A stretch of DNA of 64,000 nt, from positions 32,001 through 96,000 of the forward strand of contig JBGAML010000016.1 of assembly GCA_044223005.1 (NCBI GenBank). The letters run 5' to 3'. The position numbers were made by a program, and so were the translations under genes. This document shows, one piece after another, positions 1 to 9,799 of this stretch. The DNA comes from Candidatus Eiseniibacteriota bacterium. Its GTDB lineage: Bacteria > Eisenbacteria > RBG-16-71-46. Every line of letters starts with the position of its first letter. Position 1 is the stretch's first letter. The notes under the pieces were generated by a model. The model was not told the DNA's origin. It ran no database searches and was given only the letters and a program-made list of their open reading frames with translations.

Positions 1-3000
1 CGGCACCCGTGGCGAAGCCTGGCACGGGAAACAGGGCGACGATCTCCCCGAACGATCCGCTGGTCGCGTTCGCATCCACGATCGCGACGCGACCATACTG
101 AGGTTGCAGTAGGTAGAGTTCGCGGCCGTCGGGCGCGAGGGCGAGTCGAGCGGTTGGCCCGCAGGCATGCGCGGTGGAGCGCATGAAGGCTGTTCCGGCC
201 AGGGGATCCAGTGAGACCGTTTCGATTCCGCTGGAGGTGGCTACAAAGACCCAGCGGCCATCCCTCGAGAGGACAAGGTCGGAAGGAGGCGCATAGAGGG
301 GGACCGGAACAGGAACCATGGCGAGCAGGGTTGCCATCGAGTCCGGCAGCACTGCGATCGAATCCGGCAGGCTGCTTTCGTTGTTCAGGCGAACCGAGAC
401 CGGCCCACTCCGGGCGCCGTCGGGCACGCGGATGGTCAGCGCATTGGCAGTTGACGACAGTACGGGCACGTCGATGGGATCGCAGCTGGGACAGCCAGCA
501 AAGCGCACTGTCATCGCTCCGGCATTCGCAGGGTCGAACCCGGAACCGAGGATGGTCACGACGCCGCCGACCGGCGAGTGGCTCGGATTCAGTCCAGAGA
601 TCGCTATCGTGCTACGAACCTCGGTGCGGAAACGGGCCACGTACGGGGATGCGAGGCCGACGCCGCCTGCGTCATGCAAGCTCGTCGTGATGGTCAATGT
701 GTACGTCGTGTCATAGGCGAGCGCTTGGGCGGGTACGAAGACGAATCGCTGTCCGCCGGAAAGAAGCTGCCCGCGGCCGGCAACGCGGGCCGTGTCTCCA
801 GCGAGCACGAGCCGGAACGCGCGCGCGAGGGAATCCGGAAAGACGGCCTCGCTGAAGTCCACGAGAATCGCCGTATCCACTCGAACGCCGGTCGTGTCCG
901 CCACCGGAAGCACACGAACCACTTGCGGGGGAATCTGGTCGATGTTCGTGACCACGTAGATGCTGTCGACGAACTCGCCACTCCCGACGGCCAGTGGCGT
1001 CCAAACGCTTGGATCGTCCGACGCCGCTTCCGGAGCGCTGTACCACTCCGCCGGGAAGTCGACCTGTGCGCTCGCAGCGACGCGTTCACTGATCGCCGCA
1101 GGGATGACGCCCGGAATCGACCCGTCGAGCGGTTGTACTCGCACGGCGTAGGCGCCCGGGGGCAACCGTCGCAGCCCATACACACCGTGCTCGTCGGTAA
1201 AATCCGACGCGACCGTGTCGACGGGGACTCCCCCGACCAGCGGCACCGCAAGCACCAAGGCTCCGGGCACTGGTTGACCGTTGCTGCCACGCGTCACGCG
1301 CCCGCGAATCGTGCCGAACGAGCTCGCGAAGTCCACTGCCGGGTAGGCCGCCGCGAGGGCCGCGTCGTCGTCCAGTTCGAGGCTCGCCGCATCCGTGCCT
1401 GCGCCGATCACGGGATACATCGTCGCCTTGGCGACGCCGCTGTGGGTGAGGCCCAGCAGGTGGCCGAACTCGTGCGTGGCCACACTCTGCAGATCGAAGC
1501 CACTCGGCGTCCCGGAGCTGGCGGTGTGGAACGGCACGTTGGGGTTGAGGATCACGTCGGCGTCCACGATCTCTCCCGGACGCCAGATTCGATCGTCGAA
1601 CTCCGTCGCGTGCGTGAACGACGTCGTGGGGGTGCTCGCCCACACCCCCGGCGGGAATCCGATGTCGTCTTCGAACGTGACCAGGTTGACGCCATCGAGT
1701 GCATTCGCGTGCACGAGCGCGCTGCGCGCGTCTTCGGTGGTCGGAACGTTCGCGCCCTGCACGGACTGCCACTCGGAGAACGCCGCGCGCACCGCGGTTG
1801 CGTCGCTGCCATCGGAGACGCCCGGAAGGGCCGACTGCGAGATCGCCCAGTGAATCGGAAGTTCAGAGTATCGCCACGTTTCCTCGTGACGCATGGTGGA
1901 GGTCGCGTCGGGGCAACCCGTTCCGTACGCGTCCTGTCCGCTGGACGGGATGTCCGGACAGTGGTCGCGGCAATCCGGGACGCCGTCGTGATCGCGATCG
2001 ATCCCGACCTGGTAGAGCGAGATGCGGTCCAGGACGGGCAAGCTCGTCGACGGGCGGCCGGCGGCGATCGAGAGGTTGTCGCCCCGGTCCTGAACCTCGA
2101 ACACGAGCTTGACCGAATCGGGCCGCAGCGACGTCGGCAGTCCGAAGTCCGTCGGGAATGTGGCGGCTGTTCCGGAACTCCACGGTGATTCCTGGTCGCC
2201 CGCGCCATCGCCCCCGAAGAACGCGTACGGCAGCGGCGCGGACAGGAAGGGACGCGCGTCGCCCGCGTGTTTCGCCAACACGCGCACGACCAGCGCGCGC
2301 TCCTGCGCGCGCACGTTCAGCCGGCCTTCGAGCGCGATCCCGAACGGCCGGCTGCTGTCCGCCAGCGCGGTCCACGGCGACTCGAGCCGCGCGTCGGTGC
2401 CGGCCGCGAGCGTGTCGCCCGGGGACCGGAACGTCCACACCCACGACGGGTCGACGGCGTCCACGGCCTGCTTCAGCGTGACGTTCGACTGCGGCGGCGC
2501 CACGTCTCGCGTGGCGTGGACGTTGGCTGCGCCGTTCAAGGCGCTCAGGGTCCAGCCGCCCGTGCTGCCGTCCTCGAAGTTCGCAGCGCTCACGACGTCG
2601 GTCGCACCGTCGCGCAGCGAGAGGTTGTCGAGAACCACGCCCGGACCCTGCGGCCAGCGGGCATCGGCGTTGGCGCTGTCGGCTGTCTGCACGACCAGCC
2701 TGACGCGGGCACTCGCCGGCAGGTGCAACGCCTCGTTGCCGTCCGCGCCGAGCCACGCCTCCGCGTGCAGGACGCCCCTGCCGGCGAGCGCGGACGAGAC
2801 GATTGCGCTCGTGCCCTCCGGCTGCCAGCGCGTGGAGAGGAATGCCCAGCGGCCGCTCGCCGTCTCTGCCTGCGCGGCTACGAACGCCGCGCTCGCGACA
2901 GCGTCGCGCAGCGGCCCGCCACCGAGCGCAAGCTGGGCGTCGAAGCGCAGCACGGCCGTGGCGTGTGCGGTGCCGTCGAATGCGGGAGAGACCACGCGCT

Positions 3001-5563
3001 GGCTCCAGTCGTTGCCGCAGCCGAAGGATTGCACCCAGTTGGCGACTTCCCCGGCGGCGGAAACCGAATCGGCGCCGATCCAGAGCGCGCGCGTGTCCAT
3101 CTGCACGGTCGCGTCGTTGACGAGGAACCGACCCGACGGGTGGGCGAACACCAGGTTCGTCCGGTCGCTGCCCACCCAGCCACGAGTCTTCGCGTTGCCC
3201 AGCGGATCCTCGAAATCCAGCCGGGCGGCGAGCAGCGATTCCCCGGGCGCTCCGCCGCCGAACTCGCGCAACGTGCGCGTGCCCGAGAAGCGCAAGCCGT
3301 ACTTCACGCCGTCGATCGAAACGAATGGGGGCGAGAATGTGCCGTCCGCGTTCAGCGCAAACATGTAGGGCCCGGAGTAGCTGGACGAAGCGGTCGGTCG
3401 GATGGAGACGGGGTACCCGGAAGCGTAGGGGCCCGTGGGTAGACTCGAGGAGGTTGGTTCGTAGAGGGCCGGGAGCTCGGCAAGCGCCGTGCCGGACGAT
3501 CCGTCGATGAAGGAGATCGTGAAGCCGGAACGGGCCTGCTGGAAGCCCAAGGAATCCACGATGCTGAGCACGCCCGAGACCGACGGCCAGACGAACGCCG
3601 AGTCCAATCCGCTCGGAGACAGGCGAAAATGTTCGCGTCGCAACAGGAAGCCGCCCTGGCTTCGGCCCGCGATGGGGGGATAGATCCAGACGGCGTACCC
3701 CGAGTCCGCGTTGGTACTGGTGATGTTCGGCTGTAGGGGGTCGAAGGTTACGGGCATCGCGATCGACTGCCCCGAGAAGTGGTCGCCGGCAGCGTCGATC
3801 GTGAAGAGACCGCTGTCCACCGTCGCGGCGTTCTGGTCGACCAGCCGCAGGCGAACGGGCGCGTAGCGCCACACGAATGCGGTGTCGAGCCCGGCGGGAC
3901 CGACGCGAATGTGCTCGAAGCGCACGAGCGGGCCGCCCTGGCGGCGATTCCCGATCGGCGGATAGACGCCGACCACATACCCGGCGTCGGCCAGCGTGCT
4001 GGTGATGTTTGGCTGCAGGGGATCGAACGTGACCGGAACCAGAGTCGACGCTCCGGACATGAACTCCCCTGCGATGTCCATGCCGAAGAAGCCGCTGTCC
4101 ACCGTTGCGGCGTTCTGGTCGACCAGCCGCAGGCGCACGGGTGCGTAGCGCCACACGAATGCCGTGTCGAGCCCCGCAGGGCCAAGCCGGATGTGCTCGC
4201 GCCGTACGAGTGGGCCACCCTGGCTGCGGCGCCCGATGGGCGGGAAGACGCCGATCTCGTAGCCCGTCTCGGCCAACGTGCTGGTGATGTTCGGTTGGGA
4301 GGGGTCATCAGTGACGGGCAACAGGATCGATTGCCCAGAGAAGTAATCACCGGCGACGTCGATGGTGAAGAGGCCGCTGTCGACCGTCGCGGCGTTCTGG
4401 TCGACCAGGTGCAGGCGAACCGGCGCGTAGCGCCAAACGAATGCGGTGTCGAGCCCGGCGGGACCGACGCGAATGTGCTCGAATCGCACGAGCGGGCCGC
4501 CCTGGCGGCGATTCCCGATCGGGGGGTACACGCCGACGAGGTAGCCCGCGTCTGCGAACGTGCTGGTGATGTTCGGTTGCAGCGGATCGAATGTGACCGG
4601 AACCAGAGTCGACGCTCCGGACATGAACTCCCCGGCGATGCCCATGTCAAAGAAGCCGCTGTCCACCGTTGCGGCGTTCTGGTCGACGAGTCGCAGGCGC
4701 ACGGGTGCGTAGCGCCACACGAAAGCCGTGTCCAACCCGGAGGGGCCAATACGAACCTGCTCGAAGCGGACGAGCGGGCCGCCTTGCCGGCGATTTCCGA
4801 TGGGCGGATAGACCCCGATCTGATAGCCGTCATTGGCAAAGGTGCTGGTGATGTTGGGCTGAAGCGGATCGAACGTGACCGGCAGTGTTGTCAGTTGTCC
4901 GGAGATGAAATCGCCCGCGGTCTGGATGCTGAATAACCCGCTGTCGACGGGTGCGGTAGTCTGGTCGACGAGTCTCAAGCGAACCGGCGCGTAGCGCCAG
5001 ACGAGGACCGTGTCTAGTCCCACCGGCGAAAGGGAAACCGTCTCGACGCGAAACAGTTGCCCTGTCGGATGGCCGCCGACCGGTGGCATGACCTGGATCT
5101 GGTAGCCGTTCGCGAGCGAACCGGCGGCTCCGGAAGAGGTGGGGTCCCGAGTAACCGGGAGCACGACCGTTTCGCCGTTCCGCATTTCCTCTGTGTAGAC
5201 ACTGAAATGTGCATCTTGCAGCTCAATAGCGTTCTGCTCGACGAGTCGCAGATGTAGTGCGGCGGTACGCCAAGTGAAGATCAGGGTCGTGTCTGCCGTG
5301 CCGACCGAGATGGTGCCCGTTCGGTACAGCCCGATCATTGGCGCTCCCCGGACTGCGGGGATGAGCTCCACCGGCCACTGACCCGGAGTCAGCACCACGG
5401 CTTCATCCTGCCCCCGCGTCGAGCCGTCGACCCAGAACTGCGAGCCCGGGATCTCGACGCCGTTCTGGTCGACCAGCCGCAGTGTCACGTTGGTCGCGCG
5501 CGCGGTCGACGGCGCCGCCAGGAGCGCCGCGGTCGCGAGCATCGTGGCGAGGACGCGCTTCAT
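1..5563 (-). CDS. Giant secreted matrixin-type (M10-like) zinc metalloprotease: 94-aa tandem repeats, TSP3-like motif, carboxypeptidase-regulatory-like, Big_5/SbsA Ig, IPT/TIG and start of a YVTN-like beta-propeller; 3' end outside window
   Basis: Manual translation from ATG 5563 (ATGA overlap with upstream gene): signal peptide MKRVLATMLATAALLAAPSTARA, HEFGHLLGLTHS plus Met-turn ATMYP (~1430-1490), DRDHDGVPDCRDHCPD, VTILGSGF. No stop seen to the window edge. The + strand ORFs 578-2188, 2267-3442 and 3779-4936 are its exact antisense frame. Confidence 0.9.
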   Translation of the reverse strand, partial: MKRVLATMLATAALLAAPSTARATNVTLRLVDQNGVEIPGSQFWVDGSTRGQDEAVVLTPGQWPVELIPAVRGAPMIGLYRTGTISVGTADTTLIFTWRTAALHLRLVEQNAIELQDAHFSVYTEEMRNGETVVLPVTRDPTSSGAAGSLANGYQIQVMPPVGGHPTGQLFRVETVSLSPVGLDTVLVWRYAPVRLRLVDQTTAPVDSGLFSIQTAGDFISGQLTTLPVTFDPLQPNITSTFANDGYQIGVYPPIGNRRQGGPLVRFEQVRIGPSGLDTAFVWRYAPVRLRLVDQNAATVDSGFFDMGIAGEFMSGASTLVPVTFDPLQPNITSTFADAGYLVGVYPPIGNRRQGGPLVRFEHIRVGPAGLDTAFVWRYAPVRLHLVDQNAATVDSGLFTIDVAGDYFSGQSILLPVTDDPSQPNITSTLAETGYEIGVFPPIGRRSQGGPLVRREHIRLGPAGLDTAFVWRYAPVRLRLVDQNAATVDSGFFGMDIAGEFMSGASTLVPVTFDPLQPNITSTLADAGYVVGVYPPIGNRRQGGPLVRFEHIRVGPAGLDTAFVWRYAPVRLRLVDQNAATVDSGLFTIDAAGDHFSGQSIAMPVTFDPLQPNITSTNADSGYAVWIYPPIAGRSQGGFLLRREHFRLSPSGLDSAFVWPSVSGVLSIVDSLGFQQARSGFTISFIDGSSGTALAELPALYEPTSSSLPTGPYASGYPVSIRPTASSSYSGPYMFALNADGTFSPPFVSIDGVKYGLRFSGTRTLREFGGGAPGESLLAARLDFEDPLGNAKTRGWVGSDRTNLVFAHPSGRFLVNDATVQMDTRALWIGADSVSAAGEVANWVQSFGCGNDWSQRVVSPAFDGTAHATAVLRFDAQLALGGGPLRDAVASAAFVAAQAETASGRWAFLSTRWQPEGTSAIVSSALAGRGVLHAEAWLGADGNEALHLPASARVRLVVQTADSANADARWPQGPGVVLDNLSLRDGATDVVSAANFEDGSTGGWTLSALNGAANVHATRDVAPPQSNVTLKQAVDAVDPSWVWTFRSPGDTLAAGTDARLESPWTALADSSRPFGIALEGRLNVRAQERALVVRVLAKHAGDARPFLSAPLPYAFFGGDGAGDQESPWSSGTAATFPTDFGLPTSLRPDSVKLVFEVQDRGDNLSIAAGRPSTSLPVLDRISLYQVGIDRDHDGVPDCRDHCPDIPSSGQDAYGTGCPDATSTMRHEETWRYSELPIHWAISQSALPGVSDGSDATAVRAAFSEWQSVQGANVPTTEDARSALVHANALDGVNLVTFEDDIGFPPGVWASTPTTSFTHATEFDDRIWRPGEIVDADVILNPNVPFHTASSGTPSGFDLQSVATHEFGHLLGLTHSGVAKATMYPVIGAGTDAASLELDDDAALAAAYPAVDFASSFGTIRGRVTRGSNGQPVPGALVLAVPLVGGVPVDTVASDFTDEHGVYGLRRLPPGAYAVRVQPLDGSIPGVIPAAISERVAASAQVDFPAEWYSAPEAASDDPSVWTPLAVGSGEFVDSIYVVTNIDQIPPQVVRVLPVADTTGVRVDTAILVDFSEAVFPDSLARAFRLVLAGDTARVAGRGQLLSGGQRFVFVPAQALAYDTTYTLTITTSLHDAGGVGLASPYVARFRTEVRSTIAISGLNPSHSPVGGVVTILGSGFDPANAGAMTVRFAGCPSCDPIDVPVLSSTANALTIRVPDGARSGPVSVRLNNESSLPDSIAVLPDSMATLLAMVPVPVPLYAPPSDLVLSRDGRWVFVATSSGIETVSLDPLAGTAFMRSTAHACGPTARLALAPDGRELYLLQPQYGRVAIVDANATSGSFGEIVALFPVPGFATGA
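3580..5270 (-). repeat. Intragenic tandem repeat, 282-bp (94-aa) unit, about 6 copies with degenerate outer copies
   Basis: Anchor GCGTAGCG (WRYAPVRLRLVDQ) recurs at 3861, 4143, 4425, 4707 and 4989, an exact 282-bp period. Confidence 0.95.
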
Positions 5564-6141
5564 CGCGCCCCTCCGCTGGCGGAATCCGCGACCGCAGCGC
5601 GGATTTCGCGCACGAAATCGTCCAGCGCGAGAGTCGGCGCGGTCCGTCCGGCGGGCGCCTGGCGCAGCGCCCTCAGGTCGCTCACGGCGAATCCGGGAGC
5701 GCGGCGCTGGACCGTTCGCGCACCCGTGCGCGCGTCCCGCTCGATCTCGAACTTGCCCTGGGCGAGCCCCGTGAGCTGCGCGCGGCCGCGTGCGTCGTGC
5801 CACACGAAGAGCACGGCCTCCTCGCCCGGGCGGAACGACGCGCACCCCGAGATGTTCATGCGCACCCCGTCGACCTCTCCGCCGATCTGCGTGAGCGTCA
5901 CGTGCTGGGCGGGGCCACCTTTCAGCGTTTCGGTCACATCCACGTCGACGTCGGTGAGGATGCGAGTGTGCGCCTCGTTCCAGTGCGCACGCGTAGCCGC
6001 GACGCGGCCGATCACGATCTGGTGCGACTGCCGGGCGAGGCCCGGGGTGTCGAAACGCACCATCGTCGTCGCGTGCACGGTGGTCGCGGCGAGCAGCAGC
6101 CCCGTGAGGGCGGCGCGAAGAGTCATGGCCGGGCGCGGCAT
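5560..6141 (-). CDS. Secreted protein resembling the N-terminal (pro/OB-fold-like) domain often fused to bacterial matrixins
   Basis: Signal peptide ending VHA-TT; IVIGRV...W...ILTDV.V.V.ETLKG...GGEVDG...G...F.PGEE..LF...GLAQGKF; translationally coupled to the protease. Start could be 6141 or 6126. Confidence 0.8.
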   Translation of the reverse strand: MPRPAMTLRAALTGLLLAATTVHATTMVRFDTPGLARQSHQIVIGRVAATRAHWNEAHTRILTDVDVDVTETLKGGPAQHVTLTQIGGEVDGVRMNISGCASFRPGEEAVLFVWHDARGRAQLTGLAQGKFEIERDARTGARTVQRRAPGFAVSDLRALRQAPAGRTAPTLALDDFVREIRAAVADSASGGAR

Positions 6142-6148
6142 GGCGCGG

Positions 6149-7084
6149 CTACCTGCGCAGGTCAACGAGGTAGTGAACCGTGTGTCGCGTCCCTGTGGTC
6201 GCGGTCCAGGTGAGGAGCAGCGTGAGGTCGGTCTCGGGTAGTGCGCCGTCCGAGGCGATGGCGAGACCGCGGTCGCTTTCGATCAGGTAGCTGTAGGGCA
6301 TCGACGTGTGCATCAGGAGTGCGCCGCCGGCGTCGCGCAGTTCGAGTTCGACCTGCGTTTCGGGTGCGAGGTCGGGTTCCGGCGCGAGCGCGATGCGGAC
6401 TCGGGATTGGCCCGGTGCCAGCGTGATGGTCGTGTCGCCGCGGCCGCCGCGGACTAGGTTGCCGGCTTCGATCGATCCGAGCGTGCGGACCGCCGCGCCG
6501 CCACCCAGTTCGAGCCGCAGCGCAGGCACGCCGGGATTCGCAGGTGTGGGGTGTTGCGCCGGGTGGAGCGAGAGCGTCGAGACGATCGCGAGCGCCGCGG
6601 CGGCCGCGACGAGCCCACCCACGGCACCGCCGAAGAGGAACTCGCGCAGGTTGAAGCGCGGCCGCGGAAGCTCGACGGTCCTTTGCCCCAAACTCCCCGG
6701 TAGGGACGGCGCGAGCCCGTCCAGAGCCGCCAGCGCCTCGGCCGAGGGTTCGAGTCCGGGCACCCGCTCGAGTTCGAGAGACTGCCCGCGGTATCGCAGG
6801 ATCGACCGGCACTCCTCGCAGGTCGCGAGGTGCCTCCGCGCCAGTTCGCGCTGCAGACCACGCAGTGTCGTGCGCGTCGTCGGCCACCGCGCGATTAACG
6901 CATCGGGTATGTGCATTCCACGATTCGCTTCCGGGGCGGCGAGCGCGTGGACGGTCCCGCGGCACTCGTCGCACGCGGCCAGATGCTGCTCGAACCGGTT
7001 CAGGTCCTCGTCCTGCATGAGGCCCGTCGCGAACATGTCGAGGTGTTCGCTCGCCCACAGGTGCTCGCGATCGGCCGGGCTCAT
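6149..7084 (-). CDS. Membrane-anchored zinc-finger (ZAS, zf-HC2) anti-sigma factor with two HxxxCxxC motifs
   Basis: HLAACDEC (6962-6985) and HLATCEEC (6809-6832), a TM segment (FLFGGAVGGLVAAAAALAIV) and a C-terminal extracytoplasmic domain; ATGA overlap with the sigma gene. Confidence 0.85.
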   Translation of the reverse strand: MSPADREHLWASEHLDMFATGLMQDEDLNRFEQHLAACDECRGTVHALAAPEANRGMHIPDALIARWPTTRTTLRGLQRELARRHLATCEECRSILRYRGQSLELERVPGLEPSAEALAALDGLAPSLPGSLGQRTVELPRPRFNLREFLFGGAVGGLVAAAAALAIVSTLSLHPAQHPTPANPGVPALRLELGGGAAVRTLGSIEAGNLVRGGRGDTTITLAPGQSRVRIALAPEPDLAPETQVELELRDAGGALLMHTSMPYSYLIESDRGLAIASDGALPETDLTLLLTWTATTGTRHTVHYLVDLRR

Positions 7085-7656
7085 GACGCGACCCCCATGC
7101 GCTCGCGCAGCCACTCTCCCAGCGGGCCATCGTCGGCGAGGAAGATCTCGTACGCCCGGGCGATGCACCGTTCTCGACGCTTCCGCACCAGGTCGTGTCT
7201 CACGCCGAGGCGCTCGGCGACGAGCTTCAGATTCCGCAGTTCGAACCACAGTTCGAAGAGTTCCCGGCACTGTTCGCCGAGGGCGGGGAGGATCTGGCGC
7301 ACGTAGAACTCCAGCTCGTCGAGCGTCGGATCGTCGTCCTCCAGAGGCGCCGGGATGTCTTCGGTTCCCGGCGGAAGTTCAGGAATCGGTTCCGATGGCC
7401 GGCGAATCCTCCGGAGATAGTCGTAGGCCTGTCGCTGCGCGATCGTGACCGTCAGGCCTTCGAGCGTCTGGACGCCGCCGCGGCTGACGGCGCGCATCAG
7501 GGCCACGATCGCTTCCTGGACGAGGTCGTCGAAATCGTCGCGGCCGCGACTTCCCACCTTGGAGATGATGACGCGTCTCATGATGGCCTCGGCCTCCTTC
7601 CAGTCCACATGGTCCAGCGGATTGTCCGACTCGGACGGCCTGTCGATCGGAGTCAT
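7081..7656 (-). CDS. ECF RNA polymerase sigma factor
   Basis: Region 2 DDLVQEAIVAL...TIAQRQAYDYLRR and region 4 HTH LKLVAERLGV; directly upstream of a ZAS anti-sigma. Confidence 0.88.
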   Translation of the reverse strand: MTPIDRPSESDNPLDHVDWKEAEAIMRRVIISKVGSRGRDDFDDLVQEAIVALMRAVSRGGVQTLEGLTVTIAQRQAYDYLRRIRRPSEPIPELPPGTEDIPAPLEDDDPTLDELEFYVRQILPALGEQCRELFELWFELRNLKLVAERLGVRHDLVRKRRERCIARAYEIFLADDGPLGEWLRERMGVAS

Positions 7657-8047
7657 GACGCGCGGACCTCGGAGGCGGCGGGCGTGGCCCTTGGGTGGTG
7701 AGCCCTGCCGGCCGCTGCACCTCGGTGCCGGGAAGCGTTGGCTTCCGGCAGGGGAGTCGGCCTGGGGCTGGGAGTGTGACGCCGCGGGGGGTGGCGAGCT
7801 TCACACTAACTATCCGGTAGCCCGGGCGGCCGTGGCAACGGACTTCAGCAAGCGCTTGCCGCATTGCGGGCTGCCGGGCGGCAGGGCGACGCGACGTGCC
7901 GAGGGCGCGATTGCGGGGGAGGGTCTTGGCCAACGGTTCTGATCCCGTCTGGGGCCCCCGATGACTTTTCGGTCACACCGGACGGCCTCTCCGGACTACC
8001 CGGGCAGACACATCCGTCGACGACGCACTCAACCCCGGGAGCCCACC

Positions 8048-8917
8048 ATGACGCCGACGCAACGAACCTCCGTCCCGCGCATCAGCGAGAACACCGAGTA
8101 CGTGGTCCGGGAAGTGCGCACCGAGGCCGAGCTGGCCGGCGTCCTCGCGCTTCGCTACGAGGTCTACCGGCGGACGGCCGGCGTCGCCCATCTCACGTCG
8201 ATCGACCATGCGACGGGTCTCGACATGGATGCCTACGACCTCCATTCGCACCACCTCGCGTTGTTTGCGCGCACCGAGGGGCACGAGGAGGTCGTCGGAA
8301 CGTTGCGGATCACCGGCCCCGAACTCGGGCCCATGACGCGCGAGTTGCACGCGATCGCCATCGGGCACCCGACCCTCGCATCGCACCTCGCCGCGCGGCG
8401 GCCCGCGCCGCTGCCGATGCTGTCCTACATCGTCCAGGCGCCGGCCGTCAGCGCCGTGGTGGACGCGTGCCTCGGGCGCGGCGAGCGAATCGCCGAGCCC
8501 GGCCGGCTCACCGTGCACCCGGCGCTGCGCGTAGCGGCGGCGCGGACTGGGCTGCGCCTGTCGCACTTCCTGATCACCGGAGCGCTCGCCGTGGGCTGGC
8601 ACGTGCTCGGGCTCGACCGCGTCTTCCTCGATTGCGATGCGAACAATGGCAGCCTCTATCGACGCTTCGGCTTCGCGATCGTTCCCGGCGGAGACGCAAC
8701 GCCGCAACCCGCGCTGGGGTTCACCATCCTGGTCCTGCAGGCCACGCCCGCGGACCTTCCCGGCGCGTTCCGCGCGGAGGTCGATCGCATCGCGAACCAG
8801 CTCGCGATTGGCGGCGAAGCGACGCTGGCCCCGACCGCGGTGCGGCCGCGCGTCGCCGCCTCATCGCGCTCGCTGCCGGCGCCGGCCGCAGGTGCGTGGG
8901 TGCCGGCGACCGCCTGA
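8048..8917 (+). CDS. GNAT-fold acyltransferase of the LuxI/FeeM/ExoAT superfamily (N-acyl amino acid or acyl-HSL synthase-like), paralog 1
   Basis: VLALRYEVY, LDMDAYD, VVGTLRI, LPM, AEPGRL, LYRRFGF; RBS GGGAG before ATG 8048. Confidence 0.8.
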   Translation: MTPTQRTSVPRISENTEYVVREVRTEAELAGVLALRYEVYRRTAGVAHLTSIDHATGLDMDAYDLHSHHLALFARTEGHEEVVGTLRITGPELGPMTRELHAIAIGHPTLASHLAARRPAPLPMLSYIVQAPAVSAVVDACLGRGERIAEPGRLTVHPALRVAAARTGLRLSHFLITGALAVGWHVLGLDRVFLDCDANNGSLYRRFGFAIVPGGDATPQPALGFTILVLQATPADLPGAFRAEVDRIANQLAIGGEATLAPTAVRPRVAASSRSLPAPAAGAWVPATA

Positions 8918-8998
8918 AACCCGCGATCCGTCACACCCGCGTCGCGACCGCGACTGCCCGAACGAGATCCCGTTGACCCCCCCATTCCGGAGACCGTC

Positions 8999-9637
8999 AT
9001 GACCTACCGTACGCTTTCGCACATCGCCTTCTCGGCCGGCCTGTTCCTGTTGCCGCTCGCGTTCCGCCCCGCGCTCCTCGTCTCCCCGGCCCCGTGGTTC
9101 GCGGTCGTGATGGCGGTGGCGATCCTCGTCACGCAGCCGTCGATGCACCTCGGGGAATCGGCCGCGAGGGATTCCGCCGATCGCGGCTCGGCGCTCGGCA
9201 TCTTCGTCGCCATGATCGGGACGCAGTTCGCGGCCGCGGTCGACTTCGCCCTGCACGCACCGGACGCGCGCGCGGGCGCCCCGTTCTTCGCCGGGGCCGC
9301 GATCGCGCTTGCCGGCTTCGCGCTGCGTTACTGGTCGATCCAGGTCCTGGGGCGCTTCTTCACCGCCGAGGTGCGCGTCGCCGGTGACCACGAAGTCGTC
9401 ACGTCGGGACCGTACCGCGTGCTGCGTCACCCGTCGTATACCGGCGCCATGCTGGTTGCGCTCGGCACCGCGATCGCGTTCGGCAGCGTGTTGGGCGTGG
9501 CGCTCGTCGCAGCGCTCTGCGTGCCCGCCTACCTCTATCGCATCGCCACCGAGGAGCGCGCGCTCGTCGCCCAGTTGGGCGCGGCCTACGCCGACTACCG
9601 CAGCCGGACCTGGGGGCTCGTACCCGGGCTGCGGTGA
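8999..9637 (+). CDS. Isoprenylcysteine carboxyl methyltransferase (ICMT/Ste14) family membrane protein
   Basis: LGRFFT...HEVVTSGPYRVLRHPSYTG...RIATEERAL...YADYRSRTWGLVP; multiple TM helices. Confidence 0.92.
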   Translation: MTYRTLSHIAFSAGLFLLPLAFRPALLVSPAPWFAVVMAVAILVTQPSMHLGESAARDSADRGSALGIFVAMIGTQFAAAVDFALHAPDARAGAPFFAGAAIALAGFALRYWSIQVLGRFFTAEVRVAGDHEVVTSGPYRVLRHPSYTGAMLVALGTAIAFGSVLGVALVAALCVPAYLYRIATEERALVAQLGAAYADYRSRTWGLVPGLR

Positions 9638-9799
9638 TTCGCGCTCGGGGGGCGCGAACACGCGGGCGGCGGCGCCGGCACGGACCGCCGCTCGCGGCGT
9701 TTCGGCCGCGAGCGAATCGGAACGCGGTCACACCGGCGCGTGCCCCACGACTACCCCGGTGTTCGCACGTTCACTTCCTCTAGCCAGAAGGAGAAAGCC

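Noticed and set aside
578..4936. Plus-strand ORFs 578-2188, 2109-3368, 2267-3442 and 3779-4936
   Set aside because: Antisense to the matrixin gene, which carries the real motifs.
3580..5270. CRISPR-like periodic array
   Set aside because: The period is 282 bp, in frame and coding, with no unique spacers or cas genes.
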